Shown: positions 45,761 to 55,521, counted from the stretch's first letter. The stretch is DNA of 64,000 nucleotides from Porphyrobacter sp. (GCA_027533455.1 JAPZUC010000005.1:30175-94174), one strand, 5' to 3'. The notes: generated from the sequence alone by a model not told the origin. Numbers and translations are program-made.

Positions 45761-47899
45761 TCACTCGCCCGAAACGCCCATTTCGGCGAGCAGCCGGTCG
45801 GCACCGTCGACCTTCTCCATGGTCCACAGCATGAAGCGGCTGTCGACGTGGATCGTGCGGTTGATGGCCGGATCGAACATCCAGTCGGACACCACGCCCT
45901 CGATCGTGCCGTCGAAGGCAAGGCCCACGAACTCGCCCCGCGCATTCAGCGTCGAAGAGCCCGAGTTGCCGTTGGTGATGTCGACGGTTGACAGGAAATC
46001 GACCGGCAGGGTGCCCAGTTCGGGCGCGGCCCAGTGGCCATAATCCTTTGCCTTGATCAGCTCGATCATCTTGTCCGGCGCATCGAATTCGCCGCGGCCG
46101 GTGTGCTTGGCGACTATCCCTTCGGCGGTGGTGAACGGGGTCCACACTTGTCCGTCGACCTTCTTGCCGGTGACCTTGCCATAGGTGAACCGCAGCGAGC
46201 CGTTGGCGTCGGGATACATCGTCTTGCCCTGCGATGCGGCATAGGCGAGGCGGGCTTCCATCACCTTCGAACGGGCCTTCTGCACTTGGCCCGAACGCTC
46301 CTTGTCGGCGGCTTCGGCGGCCATAGCCTCTTCATAGGTGGCGACCGCAAGCTGGATGAAGGGATCGTTCGATGCCTTGAAGTCGGCCGGGGTCTTGCCC
46401 ATCCACTCCATCCGCTTAGCGGTGGTGCCGAGCTCGCTGGTAGCATAGAGCGAAGCCAAGTCCTTGCCTTCGAGGAATGCATCGAAACTGGCGATGCGCT
46501 GATCGGCGGGCAGCGTGAGGTATTCGGCGATGGCATCGGCGAAAAGCTGCTGGTCGATCGCTTGGACATAGCGGCGCTCGATTACTGCCATGCGCTGCGT
46601 CAAGAAGGCCTTGTCGCGCGCCTGGAAACCCGGCTCGCGGTCCTTGTCGGGCTTGGCCTGTTCGTTCGCCCAGCGATAGAGCGTGCGCGCCGCGCCGTAG
46701 AGCTGGCCGCGCCCGAGCAGCCCGCGCTTGGCATCGGCGAGGGCGACGGCGTTGCCCTCGGTGATCATGCGGTCATAATCGGCTAGCGCGGCGCCATACT
46801 GTGCCTCGCGCTCGGGATCGGCCCTCAGCCATGCGCGGAAACCGGCCTCTTCGGCTTGCTTCTTGGCGACCAGCGAGATCGCCTCGGCACCCGCCATCTG
46901 GCCGGCGATCTTCTTTTCGTAATTCTCCACGCCTTGCAGCGTCGCGGCATAGGCGATGGTCGCCGCCTGGTTGCCTGCGGTCAGCTCGTCGATGCGGTCG
47001 CCATAGGTCGCGAGCATGTTCTGCTGATAGGGGTAGAGCTCCTCGTAATAGAAGCGCGCTTCATCGGCGGTGCGCAGGCGCTCGGTGGTGCCGGGGAAGC
47101 CTGCGACCATGATGAAGTCGCCGTCCTTCACGCCCTGCTTGGCGATGGGGAGCCATGCCTTGGGCTCGAACGGCACATTGTCCTTGCTGAACGCCGCCGA
47201 AGAGCCATCGGGCGCCACATAGGCGCGGTAGAACGAGAAGTCGCCGGTGTGGCGCGGCCACATCCAGTTGTCCTTCTCGCCGCCGAAATTGCCGACACCG
47301 CCAGCGGGGGCATAGACGAGGCGCACGTCCTGGATTTCGAGCTGTTGCTGGAGCCAGTATTGCTGCCCGCCGAAATAGGCGCGCACATCGCACCGGCGGT
47401 TGGCCTGCTTCTCGCACGCAGCGATCAGCGCCGCGCGGTTGGCCTGCAGGCGGTCATAGCGCGCGCGGCCATCCAGCTTGTCGGCGCCCTTGAGCATATC
47501 CTTGGAAACGTCGCGCAGGTCTTCGATCACATAGATGCGGCTACCGGGGGCGGCGGGGAGTTCATCGCCGAGCGTCTTCGCAAGGAAGCCGTCGGTCAGG
47601 TAGTCGTTCTCGGGCGAGGAATTGTACTGGAGCGAGCCTGCAACACAGTGGTGGTTGGTCGCCACTAGGCCCTGCGGCGAAAGGAACGCCGCCGAGCAGC
47701 CGCCCAGCGAAGCAATGGCTGTCAGCGGCGGGCGCTGCAAATCGCCGAGCGTCTTAGCGTCAAGCTCAAGGCCCGCAGCCTTCATCTGGTCGGCGATGGC
47801 GCCGGTCTGGCTCGGCAGCCACATGCCTTCATCGGCTTGCACGGCGGCAGGAGCCGCAATCAACAGGGCGCTGGCCCCGGCGAGCAGGAACTTCTTCAT
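45761..47899 (-). CDS. S46-family dipeptidyl peptidase (DPP7/DAP BII-like)
   Basis: Signal peptide then ADEGMWLP; TNHHC, NWMWPRHTGDFS and DITNGNSGS. Confidence 0.9.
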   Translation of the reverse strand: MKKFLLAGASALLIAAPAAVQADEGMWLPSQTGAIADQMKAAGLELDAKTLGDLQRPPLTAIASLGGCSAAFLSPQGLVATNHHCVAGSLQYNSSPENDYLTDGFLAKTLGDELPAAPGSRIYVIEDLRDVSKDMLKGADKLDGRARYDRLQANRAALIAACEKQANRRCDVRAYFGGQQYWLQQQLEIQDVRLVYAPAGGVGNFGGEKDNWMWPRHTGDFSFYRAYVAPDGSSAAFSKDNVPFEPKAWLPIAKQGVKDGDFIMVAGFPGTTERLRTADEARFYYEELYPYQQNMLATYGDRIDELTAGNQAATIAYAATLQGVENYEKKIAGQMAGAEAISLVAKKQAEEAGFRAWLRADPEREAQYGAALADYDRMITEGNAVALADAKRGLLGRGQLYGAARTLYRWANEQAKPDKDREPGFQARDKAFLTQRMAVIERRYVQAIDQQLFADAIAEYLTLPADQRIASFDAFLEGKDLASLYATSELGTTAKRMEWMGKTPADFKASNDPFIQLAVATYEEAMAAEAADKERSGQVQKARSKVMEARLAYAASQGKTMYPDANGSLRFTYGKVTGKKVDGQVWTPFTTAEGIVAKHTGRGEFDAPDKMIELIKAKDYGHWAAPELGTLPVDFLSTVDITNGNSGSSTLNARGEFVGLAFDGTIEGVVSDWMFDPAINRTIHVDSRFMLWTMEKVDGADRLLAEMGVSGE

Positions 47900-47980
47900 C
47901 GAGCAGGTACCTCTTGCGAACGATGCACCGCGTGCGCGGCCATCGGAGTGGATCGCGCCCGCGGGCGCATGGCGCGGCTG

Positions 47981-48637
47981 TTAGGCGAGATTCCATGGCC
48001 GCGGAAGGGGCGATTCCATGCTATCGACGGACGGACGACTGGCCGGGTTGAGCACCAGCAGCAGCCGCGCGCCGTGCGCAGTTTCGGCGATCGGCGGGGA
48101 ACGGTGGATCGCCGGCTGGTCGGTCGCAAGCTTGCCCTTGAACAGCCCCACGTCGAAGGCGGCGAGGCGGTTGATGTACTCCGGTTCTGCCCCTTCGGTA
48201 ACGCGCCGCGCGCCGGCCTGCTCGAGCCAGTCGGTGCCTTCGCCGACATAGGTCGTGATGAGGCGGGCAGTCACATAGTCGGCGTGGAACTTGCGGCACG
48301 AATCGGTGCGCACAACTTCGAGCCGAAGCTCGAAGGTGCCGAGATCCATCGCGGTGCAGAACAGGCCGGCGAGGCGTGCTGCATCCTCAATGAGCGCCCG
48401 ATGCAGGGTATGGTCTCCTGCAAAGCCGTTTTGCCGCAGCCCGAGGGCGAGTGTGTCGGGTAGCTTCTCGACCTCGCTCACGAAGCGCAGATCTTGCGGC
48501 GTGCCCAAGGTCAGCGGGGCAAAATCGGCAAAGGGCGCGCGCTGCCAGATCGCAAGGTTACAATCGGGATCGCGGATCGCGTGGAGAACCTCGGCTTCTG
48601 CGGCGATGCGGGACAGGCGGTCGAGCAAGGTTGCCAT
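47981..48637 (-). CDS. DUF1826 family protein
   Basis: NLAIWQR, CRKFHADYV, RLITTYVGEGTDW and IHRSPPI. Confidence 0.85.
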   Translation of the reverse strand: MATLLDRLSRIAAEAEVLHAIRDPDCNLAIWQRAPFADFAPLTLGTPQDLRFVSEVEKLPDTLALGLRQNGFAGDHTLHRALIEDAARLAGLFCTAMDLGTFELRLEVVRTDSCRKFHADYVTARLITTYVGEGTDWLEQAGARRVTEGAEPEYINRLAAFDVGLFKGKLATDQPAIHRSPPIAETAHGARLLLVLNPASRPSVDSMESPLPRPWNLA

Positions 48638-48666
48638 CGGGGGGTGCGACTCTTTAGTTGTTTTAT

Positions 48667-48684
48667 GAGACGTTGTAACATAGC
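48667..48684. promoter_or_regulatory. Candidate Zur box
   Basis: GAGACGTTGTAACATAGC resembles the TGTTAT(A/T)ACA core; about 30 bp upstream of DUF1826. Confidence 0.45.
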
Positions 48685-48734
48685 GTTATCGCTACGGCAG
48701 TGCATAAGCAAGCCCCCGTGCTGCAATAGGCTCT

Positions 48735-48749
48735 TGCGAACCATTCTCA
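48735..48749. promoter_or_regulatory. Candidate Fur-type box
   Basis: TGCGAAC-C-ATTCTCA, a 7-1-7 imperfect inverted repeat of TGAGAATnATTCTCA type. Confidence 0.5.
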
Positions 48750-48801
48750 CCTGCGCCATGTCGAGAATTGAACGATTCCCCCGCATGAGGACGCCCTCGC
48801 G

Positions 48802-49662
48802 ATGAACAGCACGCTCAAACTCTGGACCCAGCTTGGCCTCGGCACGGCGCTTGCCGGCGGGCTGCTTGCAGCCTGCGGCGGCGAAGCGGGCGGCGAGGCG
48901 GGTGCTGGCGAGGCAGGCGTTGCCCCAGACACCGCCGCTACCGCTGGCGAAGGTGAAGGCGGTTCGGGTGCCGGAGAAGGTGGCGCTGATGCTGCGGGCG
49001 GTGAAGGCGAAGGCGGCGTCGCTACTGCCGATGCGGCCAAGGACCCGGTCGCCTACGGCATCGCCCTTGCGGTGACCGAGGCCCACGTCGTCGCCGCGCG
49101 CGATGCCTATGCCGCCGGCAATAAGCAGGCGGCGGGCGAGATGTTCGCCCACCCGGTCAGCGAAGTGCTGCTCGATATGGATCCGGCTTTCACCGCGCTT
49201 GGTGTTGCCGACTTCAAGCCGACGCTGACCGCGGCGTCAGAAGCTGCGCTTGACGGCAAGAGCGTGGCGGAGGTCACCAAGGCTTACGACGCCATCATCG
49301 CCAGCCTGCGCGGGGCTGCTACTAAGGCACCCAAGTCGGACGCGAGTCAGGCCAAGGTGGCCGCCAGCGTGATCGCGGAAATGATTGAGCGCTCCAGTAC
49401 GATGTATCGCGGCCTGCCCAAGAACGACAGTTACGAGCCCTATCTTGACGGCTACGGCTTTGCGGTTGTCGCGGAGCGCCAGTTCGCTGCCTCGGGCGCG
49501 GGCATCAAGGCTGAAAACCCGATGCTCCACGCCCGAATCACCGAGGCGCTAGCGCTGCTCAAGCGGGCCTATCCGGGTGCTGCGCGTCCGGCCAAGCTGC
49601 CGACCGATCCCGGTGCGCTGTCGGGCGCGTCGGCCAAGGTGATGCTCGCTCTGGCAGGTTAA
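48802..49662 (+). CDS. Lipoprotein with Gly/Glu-rich (GEGG) linker and helical domain, function unknown
   Basis: Lipobox LAAC, repeated GEAG/GEGG, and EAH...AHPVSE putative metal ligands. Confidence 0.75.
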   Translation: MNSTLKLWTQLGLGTALAGGLLAACGGEAGGEAGAGEAGVAPDTAATAGEGEGGSGAGEGGADAAGGEGEGGVATADAAKDPVAYGIALAVTEAHVVAARDAYAAGNKQAAGEMFAHPVSEVLLDMDPAFTALGVADFKPTLTAASEAALDGKSVAEVTKAYDAIIASLRGAATKAPKSDASQAKVAASVIAEMIERSSTMYRGLPKNDSYEPYLDGYGFAVVAERQFAASGAGIKAENPMLHARITEALALLKRAYPGAARPAKLPTDPGALSGASAKVMLALAG

Positions 49663-49665
49663 ACG

Positions 49666-50520
49666 CTACCCAGGCTGGTAGAAGACGGAGCAGCCACCTG
49701 CCCCTGATTCACCGCCGCCATCACAGCCGAATTGTTGGTCGGTCGTGGGATCGCGTTCGAACGTCCGCTCGCGGCCCGGGATCGGGCGTACGCCCAGAAG
49801 ATCGCGCAAGGACACGATGCCGCGCTGCGACAGCAAGAAGGGGCCGATCGGCGCCTGACCCGGCCCGGGTATGAACAGAGCCATGCCGGCATCCTCCAGC
49901 GGGATGACCTGATCGCCCACGGTCACGTCGATCGCGCCGCGTTGCACGCCTTGCGCGTTGCGGCCCGGGCCGCGCAGCACGATCAGGCTGGCGGTTTCCG
50001 GATCCGCGGTTGTGTTGCGGTCGATCACGCCCTCGCGCCGCGCGATTGCGATCGCTTCTTCGCCCACCACACCTTCGACGATGGTCCCGCGAATGCCGAT
50101 CGAGGCGACCGGAGTCTTGATCGAAGAGCCTTCGCCGCCCTTCTTCAGCCCGCGGCCGGACATGAATCGGAACGCTCCCTTCGCGACCGACGTACTGACC
50201 GAACTTGCATTGCGTGCAGGATCGTACACAAACCGGTCGATACGCACGCGCGCGTTGGCACCGACGGTGAAACTGGTCTTATCGAGCAGCAACAGCTGGG
50301 TCATGCTGCTTCCGCCGGTCACGATGTCGTTGCCGAGCGCGATCCGCTCGCGCGGTTTGGCCTTGTGGAGCGTCGGATTGGCCGGGGTGGTAACCTTCAC
50401 GTCGTTCCGCACCACCGCGGTGATGCCGACTTCTTGACCCAGGGCAATTGCCGGGATGATCGCTGCCGAGAGTGCTGCGGCGAGCGTGATCTTGCGGGTG
50501 AATGCTGTCATGGTGGGCAT
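49666..50520 (-). CDS. Secreted FecR-domain protein
   Basis: Signal peptide; GNDIVTG, LLDKTSFTVGANARVRID, GAFRFMSG and IKTPVASIGIRGT. Confidence 0.8.
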   Translation of the reverse strand: MPTMTAFTRKITLAAALSAAIIPAIALGQEVGITAVVRNDVKVTTPANPTLHKAKPRERIALGNDIVTGGSSMTQLLLLDKTSFTVGANARVRIDRFVYDPARNASSVSTSVAKGAFRFMSGRGLKKGGEGSSIKTPVASIGIRGTIVEGVVGEEAIAIARREGVIDRNTTADPETASLIVLRGPGRNAQGVQRGAIDVTVGDQVIPLEDAGMALFIPGPGQAPIGPFLLSQRGIVSLRDLLGVRPIPGRERTFERDPTTDQQFGCDGGGESGAGGCSVFYQPG

Positions 50521-50523
50521 CCC

Positions 50524-51753
50524 TTAAAACCTCCACACCAGGGTCAGATCGCCCCCGAAGCTGCTGAATGTCTGGATGAAATCACGATTGGTGTCGCGGG
50601 TTCGGTAACGCGCTGCCCCTTCGAGAAACAGGCTGCGCCCGATCAGCGGCATACCCACGCCGGCGCGCGCGAAGAAGCGCCATTCGCGCGGGCCCGGTCC
50701 GAATTCGTTATTCTGGAAGTCCACGTAACGAAGGGTCGACGACACCGTCCCGTAGATGCCCGCTTCATGGAGCGGAAACTGTCCGCCTGCGGCAAGGCTA
50801 AATGCATCATAGCTGTAGAACTCGAACGGCGCGTCCTTCGTTTCGGCCGCGAGAGCAACGAAATACGAGCTCTGCAGTGTGGGCTGGCGCTCGTAGGCGA
50901 GCTGCGCGGTGTAGTGCCAGCCATCGAAACTGGGGTTGTTAAATTCCTCGTCGACCGCCTCGACGCGGAGCGCAATCTGATCCGTATCGCCCACGCGGAA
51001 ACTGGCGCGCGCTTCGGCCCCGAGGGCAGTCAGATATTCGTCGCCGAACAGCCGGCCATGGCGCACCAGCGCACCGGCGCTGAACACGCTCGCGCCGGTT
51101 TCAATCCCGAAACCCGCCGCAGCATCGCCGAACTGGTAGATCGATTCCGGTCCAGAAAGACTGTTATGTGTCAGGCCAAACAGGTCGCCGTAAACAAAGG
51201 CGTCGCCGACCGGGAATTGCGCGTTGATCTGGCTGCGCGCGACAAAGGCCAGCCCCTCGGTTGATCCGGGGCCGAAGAACGTGCCGATATTGAGCTCGCC
51301 AAAGGCATCCTCGTCATAGGCGAGGCCGATGCTGACACTGCCGCCGATCCGGCCAGTCGGGCGGACAGACTTGCCCAGATCCTCGCCGCAGACCGCGATC
51401 ATTTTCTGCCACGCATCGCCGGAGGCCGGGCGCGAGCGGAGCGCGCTCAGCTCGGCGCGGGCGGCTTCGGGATCGTCGAGCCGGCACAGCAGCCCAGCAT
51501 AGGCCAAGCGCACGTCGTCCGCCTGCGGATTTTCGATCAGTGCACGCTCGAGCGTCGAGGCGGCACCAAGGAGATCGCCCTCCGCCTCCTGCTGCGAAGC
51601 CGTTGCCAGTGCGGTTTCGGGCCGCTCGGCCGCTGCGCTCAAAGCGTCGAGCGCCGCATCGGCATCGCTGTCCTGCGCCGCGGCGGCTGGCGCATAGAGG
51701 GCAAGCCCGGCCACAGAAATAGCCAGCACCATCCGATTACATGATCGGTACAT
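50524..51753 (-). CDS. TPR plus C-terminal outer-membrane beta-barrel protein (Slam/DUF560-like)
   Basis: Start moved to ATG 51753 behind GAAGGGGGA; TPR-like LERALIENP..DDVRLAYA, alternating beta strands and terminal LVWRF. Confidence 0.65.
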   Translation of the reverse strand: MYRSCNRMVLAISVAGLALYAPAAAAQDSDADAALDALSAAAERPETALATASQQEAEGDLLGAASTLERALIENPQADDVRLAYAGLLCRLDDPEAARAELSALRSRPASGDAWQKMIAVCGEDLGKSVRPTGRIGGSVSIGLAYDEDAFGELNIGTFFGPGSTEGLAFVARSQINAQFPVGDAFVYGDLFGLTHNSLSGPESIYQFGDAAAGFGIETGASVFSAGALVRHGRLFGDEYLTALGAEARASFRVGDTDQIALRVEAVDEEFNNPSFDGWHYTAQLAYERQPTLQSSYFVALAAETKDAPFEFYSYDAFSLAAGGQFPLHEAGIYGTVSSTLRYVDFQNNEFGPGPREWRFFARAGVGMPLIGRSLFLEGAARYRTRDTNRDFIQTFSSFGGDLTLVWRF

Positions 51754-51891
51754 CGACAGTTCCCCCTTCATCCAGAAGCACCTTAGCACAAACCTGACTT
51801 CATAAACAGCCCAACCCGGTGAGCGACCGGGTTTACCGCAGGGCGATCGGTTTGCTAAGGCAGTCGGGGCGGACGGGGGGCATAAAAGGGC

Positions 51892-54126
51892 GTGAGCAGG
51901 ATCAAGGCCTTTTTCAAGAGCACCGGCGCCACCGGCCTGCTTGCGCTGGTCACGATCTTTCTGTTCCAGATCAACTATTCGGGCTCGCTCTCGGCGCTCG
52001 GCAATCTGGTCTTCGACACCTTTGTGCGCGCGCAACCGCGCGAATACCGGCCCGCGCCTGTCCGGATTGTTGATATCGACGAGGAATCCCTGCGGCGCGG
52101 AGGGCAGTGGCCGTGGCCGAGGCCAGACGTCGCGCGGTTGTTGCAGCGGCTGACCGATGCCGGAGCGGCCACGATCGCGCTCGACGTGGTCTTTGCCGAA
52201 CCGGATCGTACCTCGCCGGCGCGTCTCGCCGAAGCGCTCGCGCGGCAGGGCGCATCCCCGGAGGCCATCGATGTGCTGCGCACGCTGCCCGACAATGACC
52301 GGCAATTTGCCGAGGCGATATCGCAGATGCCGGTCGTCAATGGCTTCTTCCTGACCCAGGATCCCCTGCGCAGCGCCGCCGTGCCGATCGCCGGGATCGC
52401 GATTTCGGGATCGGCTGATGTCGAGGCGCTCCCGGAATATTCCAATGCGGTGCTGCCGCTCGCGCAGCTCGACGAAGCAGCGCAGGGTCGGGGGTTCCTG
52501 ACACTGTCAGGCGATAGCGACGGGATCGTGCGACGGGCCCCGCTGCTTGCGCGGCAGGGCGACCAGATCCTTCCCGCGCTGTCGATCGAGGCCTTGCGCG
52601 TCGCGCAAGGGGCGGGTTCGGTGCTGGTCAAGATGAGCGACGGCAGTGGCAATATCGCCGCCGGAACCGAGCCGGGCGTGGTGTCAATGAAAGTCGGCGA
52701 CTTCGAAATGCCCACCAACCGCGCCGGCGAATTGTGGATGCATTATACCGATCCCGTGCCGGAGCGGACCATTCCAGCCTGGAAGGTGCTCGATCCCGCC
52801 ACCTCCGATGCCGAACTTGCCCGCCTGTTCGAAGGGCAGATCGTGCTGGTCGGGACGGGAGCGATAGGCTTGCGCGATCTGGTCGCGACCCCGCTGCGCG
52901 AACGTGAGCTAGGTGTGATGGTCCATGCCCAGGCCATCGAGCAGATGATCCTCGGAGAGTTCCTGGTTCGCCCTGATTGGGCGGTCGGGCTGGAGCGCAC
53001 GCTGGTGCTGCTGACCGGCCTTGCCCTGCTCCTGCTCATGCCGCGGCTGGGCGCGACTGGCGGTGCAGTGCTGGGACTGGCGATGATCCTGTTGGTGAGC
53101 GCGGGCAGCTGGTGGGCGTTCAGCGAAGAACGCTTCCTTCTCGATCCGACCTTTCCGGTGCTGGCGATCCTCGCAGTCTATCTCACCGTCACCGTGCTCG
53201 ATTATTACCGCGAGGAGCAGGCGCGCAGCTACATCCACCAGGCCTTCGACCGCTATCTTTCGCCCGAGCTGGTCAAGCGTATCGCGGCCGATCCGCACCA
53301 GCTCGATCTGGGCGGTGAGGAACGCGACATGACGGTGCTGTTCTGCGATATCCGCAGCTTCTCGCGCATTTCGGAGAAGCTCGAGCCGCGCTCGATCATC
53401 GCGTTCCTGATCGGTTTCCTGACCCCGATGTGCGACATCCTGCTCGACCGGAAGGCGACGATCGACAAGTTCATCGGCGATGCCATTCTGGCGTTCTGGA
53501 ACGCGCCGCTGGACGACCCCGACCAGCACGCTAACGCCGCCCGCGCCGCGCTGGCGATGCAGGAGCGGCTGAAACAGCTCAATGCGGAGATGCCGGGGCG
53601 CAAGGACCAGACATGGCCCGGCGACGTCGCGATCGGGATCGGACTCAACTCCGGCCCGTGCTGCGTCGGCAACATGGGTTCGGCCCAGCGCCTGTCCTAT
53701 TCGATCATCGGCGATGCGGTTAACCTTGCATCGCGGATCGAGGGGCTGACGAAGCTGTATGGCGTGCCGATCGCGATGGGCAGCGCCTTGCAGCGCCGCC
53801 TGCCCGAGTTCGCCTCGGTTGAACTTGATCTGGTTCGGGTGGTGGGACGCGATACGCCCGAAGCGATTTACGCTTTGCTGGGCGATGAGACGTTGGCGGC
53901 CAGCAGCGCGTTTCAGGGTTTCGCGACGGGCCATGCGGCAATGCTGGCCGCCTATCGCGCGAGGGATTGGGACAGCGCCGACCGTTTGCTTGACGAATGG
54001 CGCGGCGAGGCGGAGACTTACGGCCTGGGTACGTTGTACGCGATGTATCGCGAACGCACGGCGCAATTGCAGGGCGCGCCGCCGCCGGACAGTTGGGACG
54101 GTGTATTCGCCGCCCGCGAAAAGTAG
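51892..54126 (+). CDS. CHASE2-domain class III adenylate cyclase
   Basis: CHASE2 IVDIDEESL/GQWPWPR and GVMVHAQ, three TM helices, then LFCDIRSF, IDKFIGDA and GDAVNLASRIEG (Lys suggests ATP specificity). Confidence 0.9.
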   Translation: MSRIKAFFKSTGATGLLALVTIFLFQINYSGSLSALGNLVFDTFVRAQPREYRPAPVRIVDIDEESLRRGGQWPWPRPDVARLLQRLTDAGAATIALDVVFAEPDRTSPARLAEALARQGASPEAIDVLRTLPDNDRQFAEAISQMPVVNGFFLTQDPLRSAAVPIAGIAISGSADVEALPEYSNAVLPLAQLDEAAQGRGFLTLSGDSDGIVRRAPLLARQGDQILPALSIEALRVAQGAGSVLVKMSDGSGNIAAGTEPGVVSMKVGDFEMPTNRAGELWMHYTDPVPERTIPAWKVLDPATSDAELARLFEGQIVLVGTGAIGLRDLVATPLRERELGVMVHAQAIEQMILGEFLVRPDWAVGLERTLVLLTGLALLLLMPRLGATGGAVLGLAMILLVSAGSWWAFSEERFLLDPTFPVLAILAVYLTVTVLDYYREEQARSYIHQAFDRYLSPELVKRIAADPHQLDLGGEERDMTVLFCDIRSFSRISEKLEPRSIIAFLIGFLTPMCDILLDRKATIDKFIGDAILAFWNAPLDDPDQHANAARAALAMQERLKQLNAEMPGRKDQTWPGDVAIGIGLNSGPCCVGNMGSAQRLSYSIIGDAVNLASRIEGLTKLYGVPIAMGSALQRRLPEFASVELDLVRVVGRDTPEAIYALLGDETLAASSAFQGFATGHAAMLAAYRARDWDSADRLLDEWRGEAETYGLGTLYAMYRERTAQLQGAPPPDSWDGVFAAREK

Positions 54127-54151
54127 CGGCGCGATGGAGAGGGAAGGGGAA

Positions 54152-55519
54152 ATGGTCGATCAGGCGAGGCCGCAGCGCAAAGGGCAGCTCCGCATCCTTA
54201 CCGCAGTCCTGCTGCTGGCGCTGCTTCCGGCGTCACAGGCGACCGGCAATCCCACATTCGAAGGTGTTGCCACCTGCGCCGGATCGACCTGCCACGGCCG
54301 TGCCGAAGGTAATGGCGCGGTCGTCCGGCAAGACGAGATTGCCACTTGGCAGGAACCTTCCTCGCCCTCGGGTGCCCACAGCCGCGCCTATGCAGTGCTC
54401 GGCGGCAGGCGCGGCCAGCAGATCGCCGCCAGCCTCGGGCTCGGTAATGCGCAGAGTGCACCTGCCTGCCTCGGTTGCCACGCCACCAACGCGCCCGTGG
54501 GCCAGCGCGGCGCAAAGTTTACTCTTAACGACGGGGTCGGCTGCGAGAGCTGCCACGGACCATCCGGCGGCACGTGGCTCGCCGAGCACTATGCGCTGCC
54601 CGCAACTCACGCCTCTAACATCGCGGCAGAGCTTACCCCACTCGACAACCCCAAGGCGCGGGCAGGCGTGTGCCTCGATTGCCATTACGGCTCGTCCAAG
54701 CCCGGGCAGTTCGTGACCCATTCGATGATGGCCGCCGGGCACCCGCGCATCTCGTTCGATCTCGACCTGTTCAGCGCCCTCCAGCAGCACCATGACATCG
54801 ATGCCGACTATGTGCGCCGCAAGGGCCCGCCGGATCCGGTGCGCTTCTGGGCCGTAGGGCAAGCCGAGGCGGTGCGCCGTTCGACCAGCCTGTTCGCCCA
54901 GCCGCAGTTCGCCTTTGAAGGCGCCTTCCCGCAGTTCTATTTCTACGACTGCCATTCGTGCCACCGCACGATCACCGACGGGCCGAACCGCAAACTCACC
55001 TTCGAGACCAATCCCGGCCGCCCGATCCCCTTCGGCAACCCGCCCTTCAATGACGAGAACATGATCATGCTCTCGGCTGTCGCGGGCGCATTGGCGCCAG
55101 GCGAGGCAGGGGCATTCCAGACCGCCGCGCGCGACTTCCACAAGGCGATGGGGCAGGGGCCGGGCGAAGCGCGCGCCGCCGCGCAGGCGCTTGCGGCCCG
55201 CGCCGGCGCGCTGTCGGAGGCGCTCTCGGCGCGCGCCTATGGCGATGCCGACGCGTTCCGGGTGATCGCGATCATCGCGGGCGAGGCAACCTCGGCGCGC
55301 TTCACCGACTATGCCGGTTCGGTGCAGGCGGTGATGGCGATCGACACGCTGCTCAATGCACTGGTGCGCGAAGGCCGGGTGACGCAGGGCGCTGCGGCGG
55401 GCATCCGCGGCGATATCGCGCGGGCGTACAAGGCGGTCGATGAGCCCAACGCCTACCGGCCGGCCGATTTCCGCGCGGCGCTGAAATCGGCAGCGGGCGC
55501 AATCGGCAGGCTGCAATAG
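54152..55519 (+). CDS. Exported multiheme c-type cytochrome (c554-like domain), 4 CxxCH plus 1 CX4CH
   Basis: Start moved to ATG 54152 behind GGGAAGGGGA; CAGSTCH, CLGCH, CESCH, CLDCH and CHSCH. Confidence 0.85.
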   Translation: MVDQARPQRKGQLRILTAVLLLALLPASQATGNPTFEGVATCAGSTCHGRAEGNGAVVRQDEIATWQEPSSPSGAHSRAYAVLGGRRGQQIAASLGLGNAQSAPACLGCHATNAPVGQRGAKFTLNDGVGCESCHGPSGGTWLAEHYALPATHASNIAAELTPLDNPKARAGVCLDCHYGSSKPGQFVTHSMMAAGHPRISFDLDLFSALQQHHDIDADYVRRKGPPDPVRFWAVGQAEAVRRSTSLFAQPQFAFEGAFPQFYFYDCHSCHRTITDGPNRKLTFETNPGRPIPFGNPPFNDENMIMLSAVAGALAPGEAGAFQTAARDFHKAMGQGPGEARAAAQALAARAGALSEALSARAYGDADAFRVIAIIAGEATSARFTDYAGSVQAVMAIDTLLNALVREGRVTQGAAAGIRGDIARAYKAVDEPNAYRPADFRAALKSAAGAIGRLQ

Positions 55520-55521
55520 CC

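Noticed and set aside
48870-49020. Repeated GGCGA(A/G)G units
   Set aside because: Coding repeat for the GEGG linker; no constant repeat-spacer pattern and no cas genes, so not CRISPR
51754-52305. N-terminal extension of the TPR-barrel ORF
   Set aside because: Overlaps the cyclase on the other strand; RBS supports 51753
53759-54151. 131-aa N-terminal extension of the first cytochrome ORF
   Set aside because: Overlaps the cyclase in another frame; RBS and signal peptide point to 54152
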